Part shown: positions 9,125-18,998 of the stretch, piece by piece
Layout of the letters: the number at the start of each line of letters is the position of its first letter
Position numbering within the stretch: position 1 is the first letter of the stretch
IMG/VR virus record: IMGVR_UViG_3300033074_001867
DNA from: an uncultured virus (IMG/VR IMGVR_UViG_3300033074_001867)
Taxonomy: Duplodnaviria; Heunggongvirae; Uroviricota; Caudoviricetes
Reading direction: 5' to 3' (one strand)
DNA length: 64,000 bases
Notes under the pieces: generated by a model
The model's database searches: none
What the model saw: only the letters and a program-made list of their open reading frames with translations
Told to the model about the DNA's origin: nothing
Made by a program: the position numbers and the translations under genes

Positions 9125-9526
9125 TTAGTCGTTCAGAGAATTAACGAGGTCGTAAATGTCACCTGAATAGATTTTAAACAGTTTATTCAGGCTTTTTTCA
9201 CACTCTTTGTATATTTTCTCCGCTTTCCGGCTGTCTACATCATATCCCATCTCACTACAAAAGTCTTTAAAACTATCTTTGGCTGCGACTGCATCTGAAA
9301 CAAAGCAGTACAAAACAAATTTTTCAGGATCAAGGTCAACTATCCCGTTCACATAATCATTATGGCTTCCTGAGAATTTAAACGAGACTTTGCCTTTGTT
9401 GGTCTGAACTGATACCCTGAACTGATTACAATACATTGAAGGGTTATTGTCCTGCTTTACTCCTTCTGCTACTAATTTAGTAGATAGATGAAAGTCGATT
9501 CCTAGTACGTTTATGGTCTTTTTCAT
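9125..9526 (-). CDS. hypothetical phage protein
   Basis: 133-aa ORF (FxDFCSEMGYDxDSRKAEKIY). Confidence 0.8.
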   Translation of the reverse strand: MKKTINVLGIDFHLSTKLVAEGVKQDNNPSMYCNQFRVSVQTNKGKVSFKFSGSHNDYVNGIVDLDPEKFVLYCFVSDAVAAKDSFKDFCSEMGYDVDSRKAEKIYKECEKSLNKLFKIYSGDIYDLVNSLND

Positions 9527-9532
9527 TGTTTT

Positions 9533-9559
9533 TACGTCTTTTTACTTCTGCGCCTGAAG
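9533..9559 (-). promoter_or_regulatory. hairpin + second-site leader element, copy 6
   Basis: CTTC-AGGCGCA-GAAG then AGACGTA 6 nt before ATG. Confidence 0.7.
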
Positions 9560-9586
9560 GGTTTTTAAGGTTTGAGTGAATAAAGA

Positions 9587-10012
9587 TTAATTGATAAATT
9601 TAAATGATTGAATTAATTCAGGTAATAGTGCTTCGCCTCCTGTTGAATTGGATCTTTTTATAATCAAGTGACAAGGAATAAAGCCAGTTGATTTCCCTAT
9701 TGTAAATCTTTGTACTTCTCCATAGGTGTAAATAACCTCAACTCTTTTACCTTCATTACCAATAAAAGGAGCAAATAATTCAGATTTGCTTCTCCAGCCT
9801 GTTTGTAAATGTTTTTTAGAAGCGGCTGCAAGTATCTTAGAGTACTCAAAATAAGCGTTTAACGTGCCTTTTTTGGCTTTAAATGTCAGCCCTAATTCAT
9901 CGGCTAAATTCTTAGCCTTTCTCATAAGAACATCAAAGCCTAAACATGAGAAACCGTTTCCGCATGGAATTACATATAAATTCTGTTCTTTGTTAATTGT
10001 TACTTTTGTCAT
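9587..10012 (-). CDS. hypothetical phage protein
   Basis: 141-aa ORF (RFxIGKSTGFIPCHL...STGG). Confidence 0.8.
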   Translation of the reverse strand: MTKVTINKEQNLYVIPCGNGFSCLGFDVLMRKAKNLADELGLTFKAKKGTLNAYFEYSKILAAASKKHLQTGWRSKSELFAPFIGNEGKRVEVIYTYGEVQRFTIGKSTGFIPCHLIIKRSNSTGGEALLPELIQSFKFIN

Positions 10013-10020
10013 TGGTTTGT

Positions 10021-10047
10021 TGCGCCTGTTTTAAGTCTGCGCTTGAC
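10021..10047 (-). promoter_or_regulatory. hairpin + second-site leader element, copy 7
   Basis: GTC-AAGCGCA-GAC then AGGCGCA 8 nt before ATG. Confidence 0.7.
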
Positions 10048-10057
10048 CTTTAAATGA

Positions 10058-10318
10058 TTAATTGATAGATATATACTGCTTGTAAGTATTCCCAGTCTTT
10101 GCAGAAGTCCGGACAATAAAAAACTTTCCTTTACCTGATTTGAAGATAGGATAAATAGTACCTTTTTTATCTTCAAAGGTTTTGCCCGTGTTTACTGCTT
10201 TAACTGCTGAGGAATCAGAGCTAATTGAATAATGACCTTTTGAGTTGATCTTCGCAAGTTGCTGCGCCTGGCTGCTAACTGCAATAAAGAGAAATAAGAT
10301 TGTAAATAGTGCTTTCAT
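10058..10318 (-). CDS. small secreted protein
   Basis: Sec signal peptide MKALFTILFLFIAVSSQA-Q. Confidence 0.7.
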   Translation of the reverse strand: MKALFTILFLFIAVSSQAQQLAKINSKGHYSISSDSSAVKAVNTGKTFEDKKGTIYPIFKSGKGKFFIVRTSAKTGNTYKQYISIN

Positions 10319-10342
10319 TGGGTGGTGTGCTTTAGATTGGTT

Positions 10343-10753
10343 TTAAACTGTTTGAGTTGTTGCCTGTGTTCTTAGTGTTCTTAACATTAACTGGTTTGCA
10401 TCCATAACGTACTCCAGTACTCTATTTAAAATATGCTTACTATCTACGTTGTGCCAATTTTCAAACATGCCGTTTATCCATGGTGCAAATTTAACTCCGT
10501 TGGCGTTTTTTACATATCTGTGTCCCTTTAACGTAGTGTATGGATAACTATCTGCAGACTGTAAGTAAAAAGTGATCATTGCATTTTTATCTCCGATAAG
10601 ACTAAGCACTTTTTTAAGATCCGCTTTTAACTCGTCTTGTTGCATCGTTCCTCCGTATTCAATAGACATTAACTTATTAATATCAAAGGTTGCATTTGTT
10701 GTTGTTAAAAAAGAATCTGTTTCGATTTGGATTGATACCTTTATATATTTCAT
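10343..10753 (-). CDS. hypothetical protein, first gene of the leftward early cluster
   Basis: 136-aa ATG ORF. Confidence 0.75.
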   Translation of the reverse strand: MKYIKVSIQIETDSFLTTTNATFDINKLMSIEYGGTMQQDELKADLKKVLSLIGDKNAMITFYLQSADSYPYTTLKGHRYVKNANGVKFAPWINGMFENWHNVDSKHILNRVLEYVMDANQLMLRTLRTQATTQTV

Positions 10754-10761
10754 TTGTTTGT

Positions 10762-10787
10762 CCTGCCTGTTATCCTCTGCAGCTGAG
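10762..10787 (-). promoter_or_regulatory. hairpin + second-site leader element, copy 8
   Basis: CTC-AGCTGCA-GAG then AGGCAGG 8 nt before ATG. Confidence 0.6.
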
Positions 10788-11111
10788 TTTTAGTGATTAA
10801 TTTCTGATACAATTATACGACAACATACGACTATATCCGACAATTAAAACAACATTTTATTCCCTAGATTATCAATCAATTACAATAAATAAAATTATTA
10901 TGTTAACCAGACCTCTCCAAAATAACGTCAGATTTTGCTCACCTCTGAACATGATTCAATAAAAACCATTCAATGAAAGTGGCCCGAACTAAGTCCGCAG
11001 AACCAATAAAACAAACTGAACATTAAATATAAACTCCTTAATTAACTATAAGAGCTAAAGAGTAAATAAAGAGACAAGACAAATAAAAAAAAAGAATAGA
11101 GCCAAAGTAAA

Positions 11112-11609
11112 TTAAGGCTTAATAGGTATTGAAGGAAAAGAACTAAGCAAGGGAATATTAAACTTATTGCCAAAGGTCAATACATGAGACGAGATCAAAG
11201 CTCTGTTATACTTCTTCCTGGCTTTGATATGATCCGGCAAATTATCTTCTATTGAATAGTCAATAGTAAATAACTGATTTGTCGTAATTCCCCAGTATTT
11301 GGCTAATAAAGCAATATATATCAATGAAACTGGCTTGTAATCATCTAACTTATTAATCTCAATTAAAGAAAGCGTTTGACCGCTTGTCTTGAAACTATAT
11401 TTAGTCATTAGAAGGGCTGCAAGTGATTCGTTACTGATTCCGGTATATATCCTTAATGCTCTTAAATTCTTTCCTACAGGCTTTAAAAAGGCTCTATAAT
11501 CATTAAATAATTCGCCTTTCAACTTATCACTTAATTGTTCACGATATAATGTTGACTTTTTTGCCACAAAAACAATGTTTTTTAGTATTAATATCACACA
11601 AAAATACAA
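11112..11609 (-). CDS. XRE-like helix-turn-helix protein (true start perhaps GTG 11567)
   Basis: VGKNLRALR...ISNESLA...TLSLIE...LAKYWGITTNQL pattern; TATTTTTG box at 11599-11606. Confidence 0.55.
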   Translation of the reverse strand: MYFCVILILKNIVFVAKKSTLYREQLSDKLKGELFNDYRAFLKPVGKNLRALRIYTGISNESLAALLMTKYSFKTSGQTLSLIEINKLDDYKPVSLIYIALLAKYWGITTNQLFTIDYSIEDNLPDHIKARKKYNRALISSHVLTFGNKFNIPLLSSFPSIPIKP

Positions 11610-12134
11610 ATTGAATGCATTTGTTGTGTGTTTTATTCTGTTTCTTACCTGTTCAACCTCAATCTTTGTCTCTCTAAACTCGGCATTTCATTTAAGCATG
11701 TATTGATAGTCAAGTGATTAACTTATTTTAAATTGTACCTGTTCAGGCTGAATAAAAGTGGATCAATTGAGGTCGTTTGTCCCATAACAATAATTATGTT
11801 AAGTAGAAGGTATTGTTTTTGCATCAAAAACGATGATTCATTATTTATCCTATCAATTGTAAGTTATGAACACCTTATTGATAGTGGAATAATGTGAGAT
11901 TCATTACTTCGGAGTGAATGAGATGAAGCAAAAGTGGTCCGCTTTTTCAATCCAGGATAATAGGGAAACAACCGGGGCGGGTATTTTTTAACGAGAGCCG
12001 GTTTCGTCAGACAGGGCGGTAAGCACTCATAAATACGCCATTTCTATTTGAGGGTACGGGGGTAAGTCTATTTAGGCAGGAAATAGGCCGGATCATATAA
12101 TAAGCCCATAGCCATCCTCTTATGTGCAAAAACC

Positions 12135-12656
12135 TTATGAAAATGTAGAATCTCCAGTGTATTTAGAATATGATAGTGTTTTATAAAATAGTTCGTAATT
12201 AGTCAATGAAGCAATGTTCATTGGAGGTTTATCTCTTACTATGTAAAGAGATTCAATAGTAAGGACCAAAGATTGATTTTTGGGCTTTTCGGTGTAAACT
12301 CTATTAAATGTTTTGATTTTTGCATGTTCATTTATTCTTCCGGCCACGCAATCTGTTTGTCCAATATAAACTAATTCTTTTCCATTAAAGAGGTAGTATA
12401 TTATTGATTCTCTTCTAAATGGAATGGTGTCTGTAGCCTGTTCTCGTATTGTGTCGTAATCTGTTAATAAAGAAAGAAGCGACTCTCTGGTAAGAGTTAT
12501 TGCGGAATAAAGTGATTCAGGAACGACTATCTTTTCCTCTACAGCGTGCATTAGTTTGATATTAATATCTTCACTGTATCTCAATAGTGCTTTTCTGGCC
12601 TCTTCTGTTGTGACATCAAACTCATTTGCAAGAGTGTCTAAATATTTAAAGCTCAT
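12135..12656 (-). CDS. GIY-YIG domain protein (start revised to ATG 12656)
   Basis: IIYYL...VYIGQT...RINEH...E...N motif; TATTTTTG box at 12672-12679. Confidence 0.7.
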   Translation of the reverse strand: MSFKYLDTLANEFDVTTEEARKALLRYSEDINIKLMHAVEEKIVVPESLYSAITLTRESLLSLLTDYDTIREQATDTIPFRRESIIYYLFNGKELVYIGQTDCVAGRINEHAKIKTFNRVYTEKPKNQSLVLTIESLYIVRDKPPMNIASLTNYELFYKTLSYSKYTGDSTFS

Positions 12657-12912
12657 TTTATTGATTTTTATCAAAAATAGAAAATAAATGGTAATCTTAT
12701 TCATCTGAAAGTATGCTTTTACAGACAACTAAAAAGCCTTGAAAAAAGTTTTGTTTCTGTGATGGGCACATGGCATTTTTGAATCAGAATCGCCACTTTG
12801 GAGTGTTTTTGGAAATGTTAAAATCGGTTATTTTTGTTGATAATTCTCCGTACATATTCGGATATTAGCTGATGAATGCTTTATCTTTGGAGGATAAAAC
12901 CATAAAGCAATA

Positions 12913-13347
12913 ATGATCAAAGCATCCGAACTAAGAATTGGGAATTTATTAGAATTCTGTAATGGCATTGAGCCGACTAAAATAGTAACAGTTGGCAGGA
13001 GATTCTTTTCATCTGCAGCCAATGAAGTGAAGGATGGTGATTTTAATGTTACTCCTTATTATCGGCCTATTCCTCTTACCGAAGAATGGCTTGTCCGGTT
13101 TGGGTTTACATATCATAAACACAATAATTCGTTTCAATTGGATGTTGAATTTGGTTTTTCTATTTGGGGCAAGGTTGGTTCAGGATTTAATGTTTATGTA
13201 GAAGGCAGTGACATAGGAAATCCCGTTGAATATGTTCATCAGCTGCAGAATTTGTTTTACGCTCTCACTGGCAAAGAGTTGATCCTGGACTCAAAACCTG
13301 ATATTTCCACCTCTTCCACTGCACCCGACAGTACTTCAGCAAAGTAA
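12913..13347 (+). CDS. conserved Bacteroidota phage protein (ELRIGN...PIPLTEEWL...YVHQLQNL)
   Basis: recognisable family motifs; TATCTTTG box just upstream. Confidence 0.8.
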   Translation: MIKASELRIGNLLEFCNGIEPTKIVTVGRRFFSSAANEVKDGDFNVTPYYRPIPLTEEWLVRFGFTYHKHNNSFQLDVEFGFSIWGKVGSGFNVYVEGSDIGNPVEYVHQLQNLFYALTGKELILDSKPDISTSSTAPDSTSAK

Positions 13348-13376
13348 TATCAGTAACTATCAGCACGTTAACATCA

Positions 13377-13433
13377 TTGTTAATAAGATGTTTGCGTATA
13401 TTATCGGATATTGTCGTGCGGGTAGTATTTTTG
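13377..13433 (+). promoter_or_regulatory. Bacteroidota-type promoter with TGTTAATAA box and 10-bp-phased CG repeats
   Basis: TATTTTTG at 13426-13433; CG cores at 13395, 13405, 13415. Confidence 0.6.
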
Positions 13434-13461
13434 ATAAATAAATTTTAAACCACAACCACCC

Positions 13462-13809
13462 ATGAAATTAACCCGTTACCAGATCGATGCGATCATCGCT
13501 CAGGTCAGGAGTGAAGAGAAAAAGCAAACGGCTTTAGGATTAAGTAAAATCCGCAAGCAGTATTCCGGTAATGCTAAAATTCTAGCTGCCAAGTACCACA
13601 AGTCTTTACAACAGATTCCGGCATCAGTACGCCAATTGCTGAATATTGAGTTTTATTCCATTGGAGCTATTCAGGAACGATTGATAAAGCAAATTGTCCC
13701 GAAAGAAAAGGTGATTTCTTATGAAGATCTCCGGCGCAAGATCATCCTGGCCTCCATCGATGCTACTACAGTAGAGGAATTAAAACGTAAACTGAATATT
13801 AAATTCTGA
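13462..13809 (+). CDS. hypothetical protein
   Basis: 115-aa ATG ORF after a promoter. Confidence 0.7.
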   Translation: MKLTRYQIDAIIAQVRSEEKKQTALGLSKIRKQYSGNAKILAAKYHKSLQQIPASVRQLLNIEFYSIGAIQERLIKQIVPKEKVISYEDLRRKIILASIDATTVEELKRKLNIKF

Positions 13810-13811
13810 TC

Positions 13812-14330
13812 ATGACTCACAGAGAATTAGTCGAAGAAACACATTGGGATGACAGCAATACTGGATTGTACTCTTTCAGGGATGCACGCATATTAATGAC
13901 ACATGGCGATGTATTTATGGTGCATGGAAAAGTGATGTATCCTGCAGGTATGCAAGTACGGAGTGTTTTCTTTGATCCGGTAGCAAAGGATAAAGCCCAC
14001 TGTCAATATATTGGTCTTTGTAATATCTTTCCTCAGATAAAGGATTTACCTAATGGAATGTCGGAAATTGCTTTCCATGACAAAAGTGAAGGAGAAATTT
14101 CAGATTCAGAAAAACTGCAGACTTTCTTTATTGAACACTACGTATTTGTAAGATGTGATTTAGGGAAGTCTTTCAGAGATAAATTCACGGCATTTCACTC
14201 AAAAGAACTTATGGAACGTAATTTTCTACCTGATGCGTATGGTTTTGACAGTCTCGGAAGAATATCCGGTGGTTTTAGAATGATAGATTTTAGTGCAGCA
14301 GCAGATAAATTAAAAAAGAACGAATTATGA
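13812..14330 (+). CDS. hypothetical protein
   Basis: 172-aa ATG ORF. Confidence 0.7.
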   Translation: MTHRELVEETHWDDSNTGLYSFRDARILMTHGDVFMVHGKVMYPAGMQVRSVFFDPVAKDKAHCQYIGLCNIFPQIKDLPNGMSEIAFHDKSEGEISDSEKLQTFFIEHYVFVRCDLGKSFRDKFTAFHSKELMERNFLPDAYGFDSLGRISGGFRMIDFSAAADKLKKNEL

Positions 14331-14424
14331 AAGCATCTGAAATATTGATTTACTTATTTTTAGGTGTAATGGGCGGAGTTTTCGGAGCACTCGTCTTTAA
14401 TTTAATTGAAAAAACAAAGAAAAA

Positions 14425-14811
14425 ATGAAAACCTCCCTTACCCTAAAATCCATTTCCTACCAGCTTCAGACACATGATTCTTTCATGGTAGTTGATAATG
14501 ATAAAAGTACGGATATAGAAACAGTGTTCAAGCCGCTGTTTGTAAAGAAAGATCTTCCGGTAGTGGAATTTACCATCCGTATCCAGACGGTAGAAAAGTT
14601 TGAAGTCTCCCGGTATTACATGGTCCACTTTGAAGGTCATGATCATACTCCTCCGTTTATTTTCAGAAGTATCTCTGAGGATTTACTAGAGTGCACAGGA
14701 GTCTTAAATAACTTAGATTTGTATGGAATAAGCGATGCAGAAATTTCTCCGGTAGTGACCGGTGCCGGTATCCGGGAAAGTAGTTTAACAGGTATAACAG
14801 AACATTTATAA
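14425..14811 (+). CDS. hypothetical protein
   Basis: 128-aa ATG ORF with A-rich leader. Confidence 0.7.
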   Translation: MKTSLTLKSISYQLQTHDSFMVVDNDKSTDIETVFKPLFVKKDLPVVEFTIRIQTVEKFEVSRYYMVHFEGHDHTPPFIFRSISEDLLECTGVLNNLDLYGISDAEISPVVTGAGIRESSLTGITEHL

Positions 14812-14827
14812 TTAAAAAAAAAGAAAA

Positions 14828-15340
14828 ATGGTACTATTAGGAATTATTATCGTGATTTTAGTCTGTATTGGAATAGCAAAGCTGATTGATAATGCAGAAA
14901 AAAGAGAAATGGGTCGTAAACTTGCGGCTGATGATCCTCAGCAACGTGGAATTTATGGAGGTTTAAGCGGTGGTTATAATCTACATGACTCTATTTCTAG
15001 TAGAAGTTATCGCACTTCTTCAAAGGCAGAAAGAGATGATGATGACGAAGAGCAAAGAAAAAAGAGAAGCAGAGCGTATCCAGATCCTTTAATGCCAATT
15101 GTACCTCTATATGTTGATATTCCGAATACGGGTTATATTGCAGCAGGAGATCCGGTTGGTTCAGAATTACACTTTTCAGGTTTTGGAGGTGGCGAGTCTG
15201 GTGGAAGTGGAGCTGGCGGATCATATAGTGAAAGCGGAAGTTCAAGTTCTTCTTCCGGGTCTTCTTATTCAGACTCAGGTTCAAGTTATTCTGATTCAGG
15301 TAGCAGCAGTTCTGATTGTTCATCATCTTCATCTGACTAA
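14828..15340 (+). CDS. membrane-anchored protein with Gly/Ser-rich tail
   Basis: N-terminal TM helix; FSGFGGGESGGSGAGGS and SGSSYSD repeats. Confidence 0.7.
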   Translation: MVLLGIIIVILVCIGIAKLIDNAEKREMGRKLAADDPQQRGIYGGLSGGYNLHDSISSRSYRTSSKAERDDDDEEQRKKRSRAYPDPLMPIVPLYVDIPNTGYIAAGDPVGSELHFSGFGGGESGGSGAGGSYSESGSSSSSSGSSYSDSGSSYSDSGSSSSDCSSSSSD

Positions 15341-15343
15341 TCC

Positions 15344-15844
15344 ATGATAAAAATAGACGAAAATCTGTTCGTTGGTAGTTTAGCTGACTACGAAAGCAAT
15401 CAGTCTGACGAAGACTTTTATTTTGTTCAAGCCTGTAAAGAACCTTGTCACCGAAAAGCATTAGGATATACCGGAAGGTCTGCAGATCAAAATGATCCTG
15501 AATACTTGATGGCGTACCGGGACCGAAGACTGATCTTAAACATGGTCGATGTGGCTAATGGAAAGTACTTTGATCACAGTATGTTTGTAAACTCACTTGC
15601 CTTTATTGATGAACATCTGCAAAATGGCAAAAAGGTTTTGATTCATTGTAATCTCGGTATCTCTCGCTCTCCAAGTATCGGACTTCTGTATTTAGCTACC
15701 AAAGGCAAGATAAATAATGAGAACTTCAAAGCCGCCGAAGAGGATTTTGTTAAAATCTATCCTTCCTATGCACCCAGCGGAATAAAAGAGTTTCTAACTT
15801 TAAACTGGGATTATTTCTTTCCTGAACTAAACGAAAAATCATGA
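15344..15844 (+). CDS. dual-specificity protein phosphatase
   Basis: HCx5R catalytic loop VLIHCNLGISRS; N-terminal IDENLFVGS. Confidence 0.85.
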   Translation: MIKIDENLFVGSLADYESNQSDEDFYFVQACKEPCHRKALGYTGRSADQNDPEYLMAYRDRRLILNMVDVANGKYFDHSMFVNSLAFIDEHLQNGKKVLIHCNLGISRSPSIGLLYLATKGKINNENFKAAEEDFVKIYPSYAPSGIKEFLTLNWDYFFPELNEKS

Positions 15845-16215
15845 CCACTAACGCAACCATCGGCCTTATCAGTGCTATCTGTTTAGGACTTGTTATCCTC
15901 TGGGATTACTTCAGGAGAAAAAACGGAAAAACCGATTATTCTCATGCAAGCAGACACGATAACCTTCCGGATTATGGAGTGGAGGAGGGTGAGGCGCACC
16001 AAGTATTTCCAAAGCCATTTTATATACAATGGGGGAATGGGCCGATTTTAGAATATGCTAATGATTGGGAAATTAATCATAAAGACGATGTTCCCACTCA
16101 CGAAAAAGTCCTCGAAGACATTAAAAAAGTAGAGGATATTCATCTTCCAACTTCAGAACAAGCTCGTGACGTATTTCGATATATGAATGAGGTAGGAAGA
16201 ACTAAAAAATCATGA
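15841..16215 (+). CDS. membrane-anchored hypothetical protein
   Basis: N-terminal TM helix; 4-nt overlaps. Confidence 0.65.
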   Translation: MTTNATIGLISAICLGLVILWDYFRRKNGKTDYSHASRHDNLPDYGVEEGEAHQVFPKPFYIQWGNGPILEYANDWEINHKDDVPTHEKVLEDIKKVEDIHLPTSEQARDVFRYMNEVGRTKKS

Positions 16216-16433
16216 CCCACTACATCCACCACAAGATCAGCGGTAAGTTCCGCAAACTACGCCTGGCTGCCGGATATAAAAGTTCGGAGAAGTTCGCTGA
16301 ACAATGCGGATTACACAAAGCTACCTATGGCCGGTTAGAAAAAGGAAAGCATAATCCTACTCTTGAAACTATTAACAAAGTACTTGAAGTTCATAAAATC
16401 AGTTTAAAAGAATTTTTTAGCGATATAGAATAA
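16212..16433 (+). CDS. XRE-family helix-turn-helix regulator
   Basis: LRLAAGY-SSEKFAEQCGLHKATYGRLEKGKHNPTLETI. Confidence 0.85.
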   Translation: MTHYIHHKISGKFRKLRLAAGYKSSEKFAEQCGLHKATYGRLEKGKHNPTLETINKVLEVHKISLKEFFSDIE

Positions 16434-16936
16434 TGGAAACAATCTTTGGTGGTTTATTGGCTATTCTTGCCTATTATTTAGTTTGTTCTCTGGATATTAA
16501 CTCAGGAGAAAAAAGCGAATCTAGTTACATAGATTTAGGTAATGGTAAATGGATTACTCCGAAAGGATATGTCGATATGAATCCTGGACTTTCCGCAGAA
16601 CAGCAACTCCATAACTGGCAGGGAGAATTGGAAGAGCAGATGGATGATATTCAGTATAACAGCGATTGCGCATTTGCTAAGTGGAAAGCGATTGTAGAAA
16701 TATGCAAAAGGTATCAGCCAAAAATCGATGTATTAACTACAGAAGAAAGACTTACGTGGCTTGAAAAATATCTCACATGGGAATTAGATTGGAAAACGAA
16801 AGAGAAAGATGATTTTGAAAGAGATTGGACGTATATGAATCTTGATCAATACATCGCATGGAATATGCACCCATTTCCGGAATTGGTGGCTGATTATCCA
16901 TACAAAAAAATGAAAGGTAGAATTATTTACGTATAA
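16433..16936 (+). CDS. membrane-anchored hypothetical protein
   Basis: N-terminal TM helix; TAATG coupling. Confidence 0.65.
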   Translation: METIFGGLLAILAYYLVCSLDINSGEKSESSYIDLGNGKWITPKGYVDMNPGLSAEQQLHNWQGELEEQMDDIQYNSDCAFAKWKAIVEICKRYQPKIDVLTTEERLTWLEKYLTWELDWKTKEKDDFERDWTYMNLDQYIAWNMHPFPELVADYPYKKMKGRIIYV

Positions 16937-16948
16937 TAAAAACGACTA

Positions 16949-17185
16949 ATGACAACCGAAAAGAAGATCACCGAACTAGCCCGGATCCAACTGGCAGCAC
17001 AGAAGAATAACCTTGTTGCTATTGAAGCCAATGCGTATTCCTATAATTTAGGAACTGCTATACAGAGAAGAGATGAAGAAGGCGTAGCTCTCTGGAAAGA
17101 AAAACTCGAAGATGCCAGAAGCCGGATGTTCACCGAAGAACAGATAAAAGATAATATTTTAATTCTTGAAAATATACTGAAATGA
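16949..17185 (+). CDS. hypothetical protein
   Basis: ATG ORF. Confidence 0.6.
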   Translation: MTTEKKITELARIQLAAQKNNLVAIEANAYSYNLGTAIQRRDEEGVALWKEKLEDARSRMFTEEQIKDNILILENILK

Positions 17186-17354
17186 AACTACTCTACCCGA
17201 TCATCATCCTCTTAAACTTTGAGGGCTGCAATACCACTAATCCTGCACTGACCTTCTTGGGTATCATGCTAGGAGCTATTGGTGCTGCCGGATTATTTGT
17301 CTATCTGTTCTTCTCTTGGTTGAATAAATGTGAAAAGGAAATGGAGGAAGAGTT

Positions 17355-17582
17355 ATGATGCAAGTTGTTCCGATGTCTCACGAAGAAAAAGTAAAGATGT
17401 ATATGAGGGTGCCTAAAAAGAAGTTGATCGAAATGTTAATTGAATGTAATCGGTTATTGGACAAACCTCCAACTGTTTATATTGGCGGCATAGATCCGAT
17501 AGACGGCTCTAAATCTGTTTTTTGTAGTGGCGTTGCTCACATGAATGGAAAAGGAGAAATGATTTTTGAGCAAATAAAATAA
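17355..17582 (+). CDS. hypothetical protein
   Basis: ATG ORF. Confidence 0.6.
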   Translation: MMQVVPMSHEEKVKMYMRVPKKKLIEMLIECNRLLDKPPTVYIGGIDPIDGSKSVFCSGVAHMNGKGEMIFEQIK

Positions 17583-17815
17583 CTGCCCCACCCCTGTTAA
17601 TAAAAATGACATTTATTTTCCAAATGCCCTTTTTTATTCCCTAAGTTTGCATAAACCACATCACAATGTTGCAAACGGCAAGTTTTTCGGCAAAAAGATT
17701 TCCATACCATTACTTTTTTGATACCTCTGCCTATGCAGGGGTATTTCATTATACATACTATGGAAAGGATCTTCCGGGATTTATGTTAACAATAATTGCT
17801 TACTAACCACATCAC

Positions 17816-18133
17816 ATGACACTATCAACAGAGATTTCATGGCTTGACTTCTCCATGAAGCATTTTAAAGGGAAAGAAATTTATAACAAAAAAACCGGAA
17901 TTGTTCTTCTCAGGTGGCAAGCCTATCCGCTACTGAAAGACTGCTGGCAGCAAGTACTTTCTCACGAACACCTTACTTACGCATGGCGTGAAAAAGAACA
18001 GTACATCAACGGAGAATTTGAGGGTCAGTACGTGAAGCAGGTAAAAAGAAGAGGAAACGAATACAGAGACAAAAAAAATGTTCGAGTTAACAGCAACGAT
18101 ACACAAGATACTAGCACCCAAGAGAGTCAGTAA
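17816..18133 (+). CDS. hypothetical protein
   Basis: ATG ORF downstream of the TAAGTTTG box at 17642-17649. Confidence 0.6.
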   Translation: MTLSTEISWLDFSMKHFKGKEIYNKKTGIVLLRWQAYPLLKDCWQQVLSHEHLTYAWREKEQYINGEFEGQYVKQVKRRGNEYRDKKNVRVNSNDTQDTSTQESQ

Positions 18134-18347
18134 TGATCATTATGTTCTTCCGGTAATTATAGTACATGATCTTGATGGTAAGCAGCAGTACCGCTATATG
18201 CAGGTAGTCAGAAGCGGAGTCAAGGAAAAAATGACCGGCGTTTCAGTAGGTGACAACGTAAAACTGAAAATTTCTTTGAAAGGAAAAGAAAAAGGAGAGA
18301 TTTACTATAACCTGGATGAAATTACGGGGATTGAAAAATTAAACTAA
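18078..18347 (+). CDS. small OB-fold, SSB-like (DUF3127-like) protein
   Basis: VGDNVKLKISLKGKE...YYNL pattern. Confidence 0.5.
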   Translation: MFELTATIHKILAPKRVSNDHYVLPVIIVHDLDGKQQYRYMQVVRSGVKEKMTGVSVGDNVKLKISLKGKEKGEIYYNLDEITGIEKLN

Positions 18348-18367
18348 CCACATAAAATAAAAAGAAG

Positions 18368-18604
18368 ATGCCTTGGAATAAAGATCGATACCAAAGAGTA
18401 AAAGAAGATTGCTCTTATAATACAGGAAGCGGATTTAAAACTCCGCAAGCCTATATGAATGTTTATATGGAGATGATCAAAGCGGATGATTTTGAAGGAG
18501 CAAAAGCAATTGCAGATGTACTAAAACCTTTGGGATTTGATGTAGCTACTACACATGACAGAATTCGTGTTCTGAATATTGTTCATGAACCGGTTTTAAA
18601 ATAA
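18368..18604 (+). CDS. hypothetical protein
   Basis: ATG ORF. Confidence 0.6.
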   Translation: MPWNKDRYQRVKEDCSYNTGSGFKTPQAYMNVYMEMIKADDFEGAKAIADVLKPLGFDVATTHDRIRVLNIVHEPVLK

Positions 18605-18610
18605 TCCCAC

Positions 18611-18991
18611 ATGAATCTAACCACACACCAGACTCACTATTTCTTCGGGACAGACATTTCCTCTGTTCACTTATTCCCTATTGCAATCGGTCTTATCATT
18701 CTTGCAATCATCATTATTCAAACAGACAAATACCTGCATGAGAAGATGGACCTACCGGTAGACTGCGTTTCTCCGGAAGACAAAGTTCACTTTATTCACA
18801 AAGGAGATAATTTCACCATGACCGTAGAGCAGAAAGAACTGTTCGATCAACTGATGCCGAAGGACAAAGATCTGTTCTGCCGGGATATGAAGAAAATGAT
18901 CAAAGCAAGAGCAAAGAATGAAGCGGAAATTGCCGCTAACCTGAATAAAAATTCCAACAAAAAAGAAGATAGAGAAAAAATTCTAAACTAA
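18611..18991 (+). CDS. membrane protein
   Basis: one TM helix near the N-terminus. Confidence 0.65.
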   Translation: MNLTTHQTHYFFGTDISSVHLFPIAIGLIILAIIIIQTDKYLHEKMDLPVDCVSPEDKVHFIHKGDNFTMTVEQKELFDQLMPKDKDLFCRDMKKMIKARAKNEAEIAANLNKNSNKKEDREKILN

Positions 18992-18998
18992 AAATAAG

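Noticed and set aside
5341..10787. CRISPR array or intrinsic terminators
   Set aside because: Repeats are separated by whole genes, stems are only 3-5 bp, no U-tract follows on the coding strand, and no cas genes are present
17721..17744. Hairpin ATACCTCTGC-CTAT-GCAGGGGTAT as a riboswitch or attenuator
   Set aside because: Single hairpin with no recognisable aptamer; could be a weak terminator or lie in a 46-codon ORF, and I cannot decide from sequence
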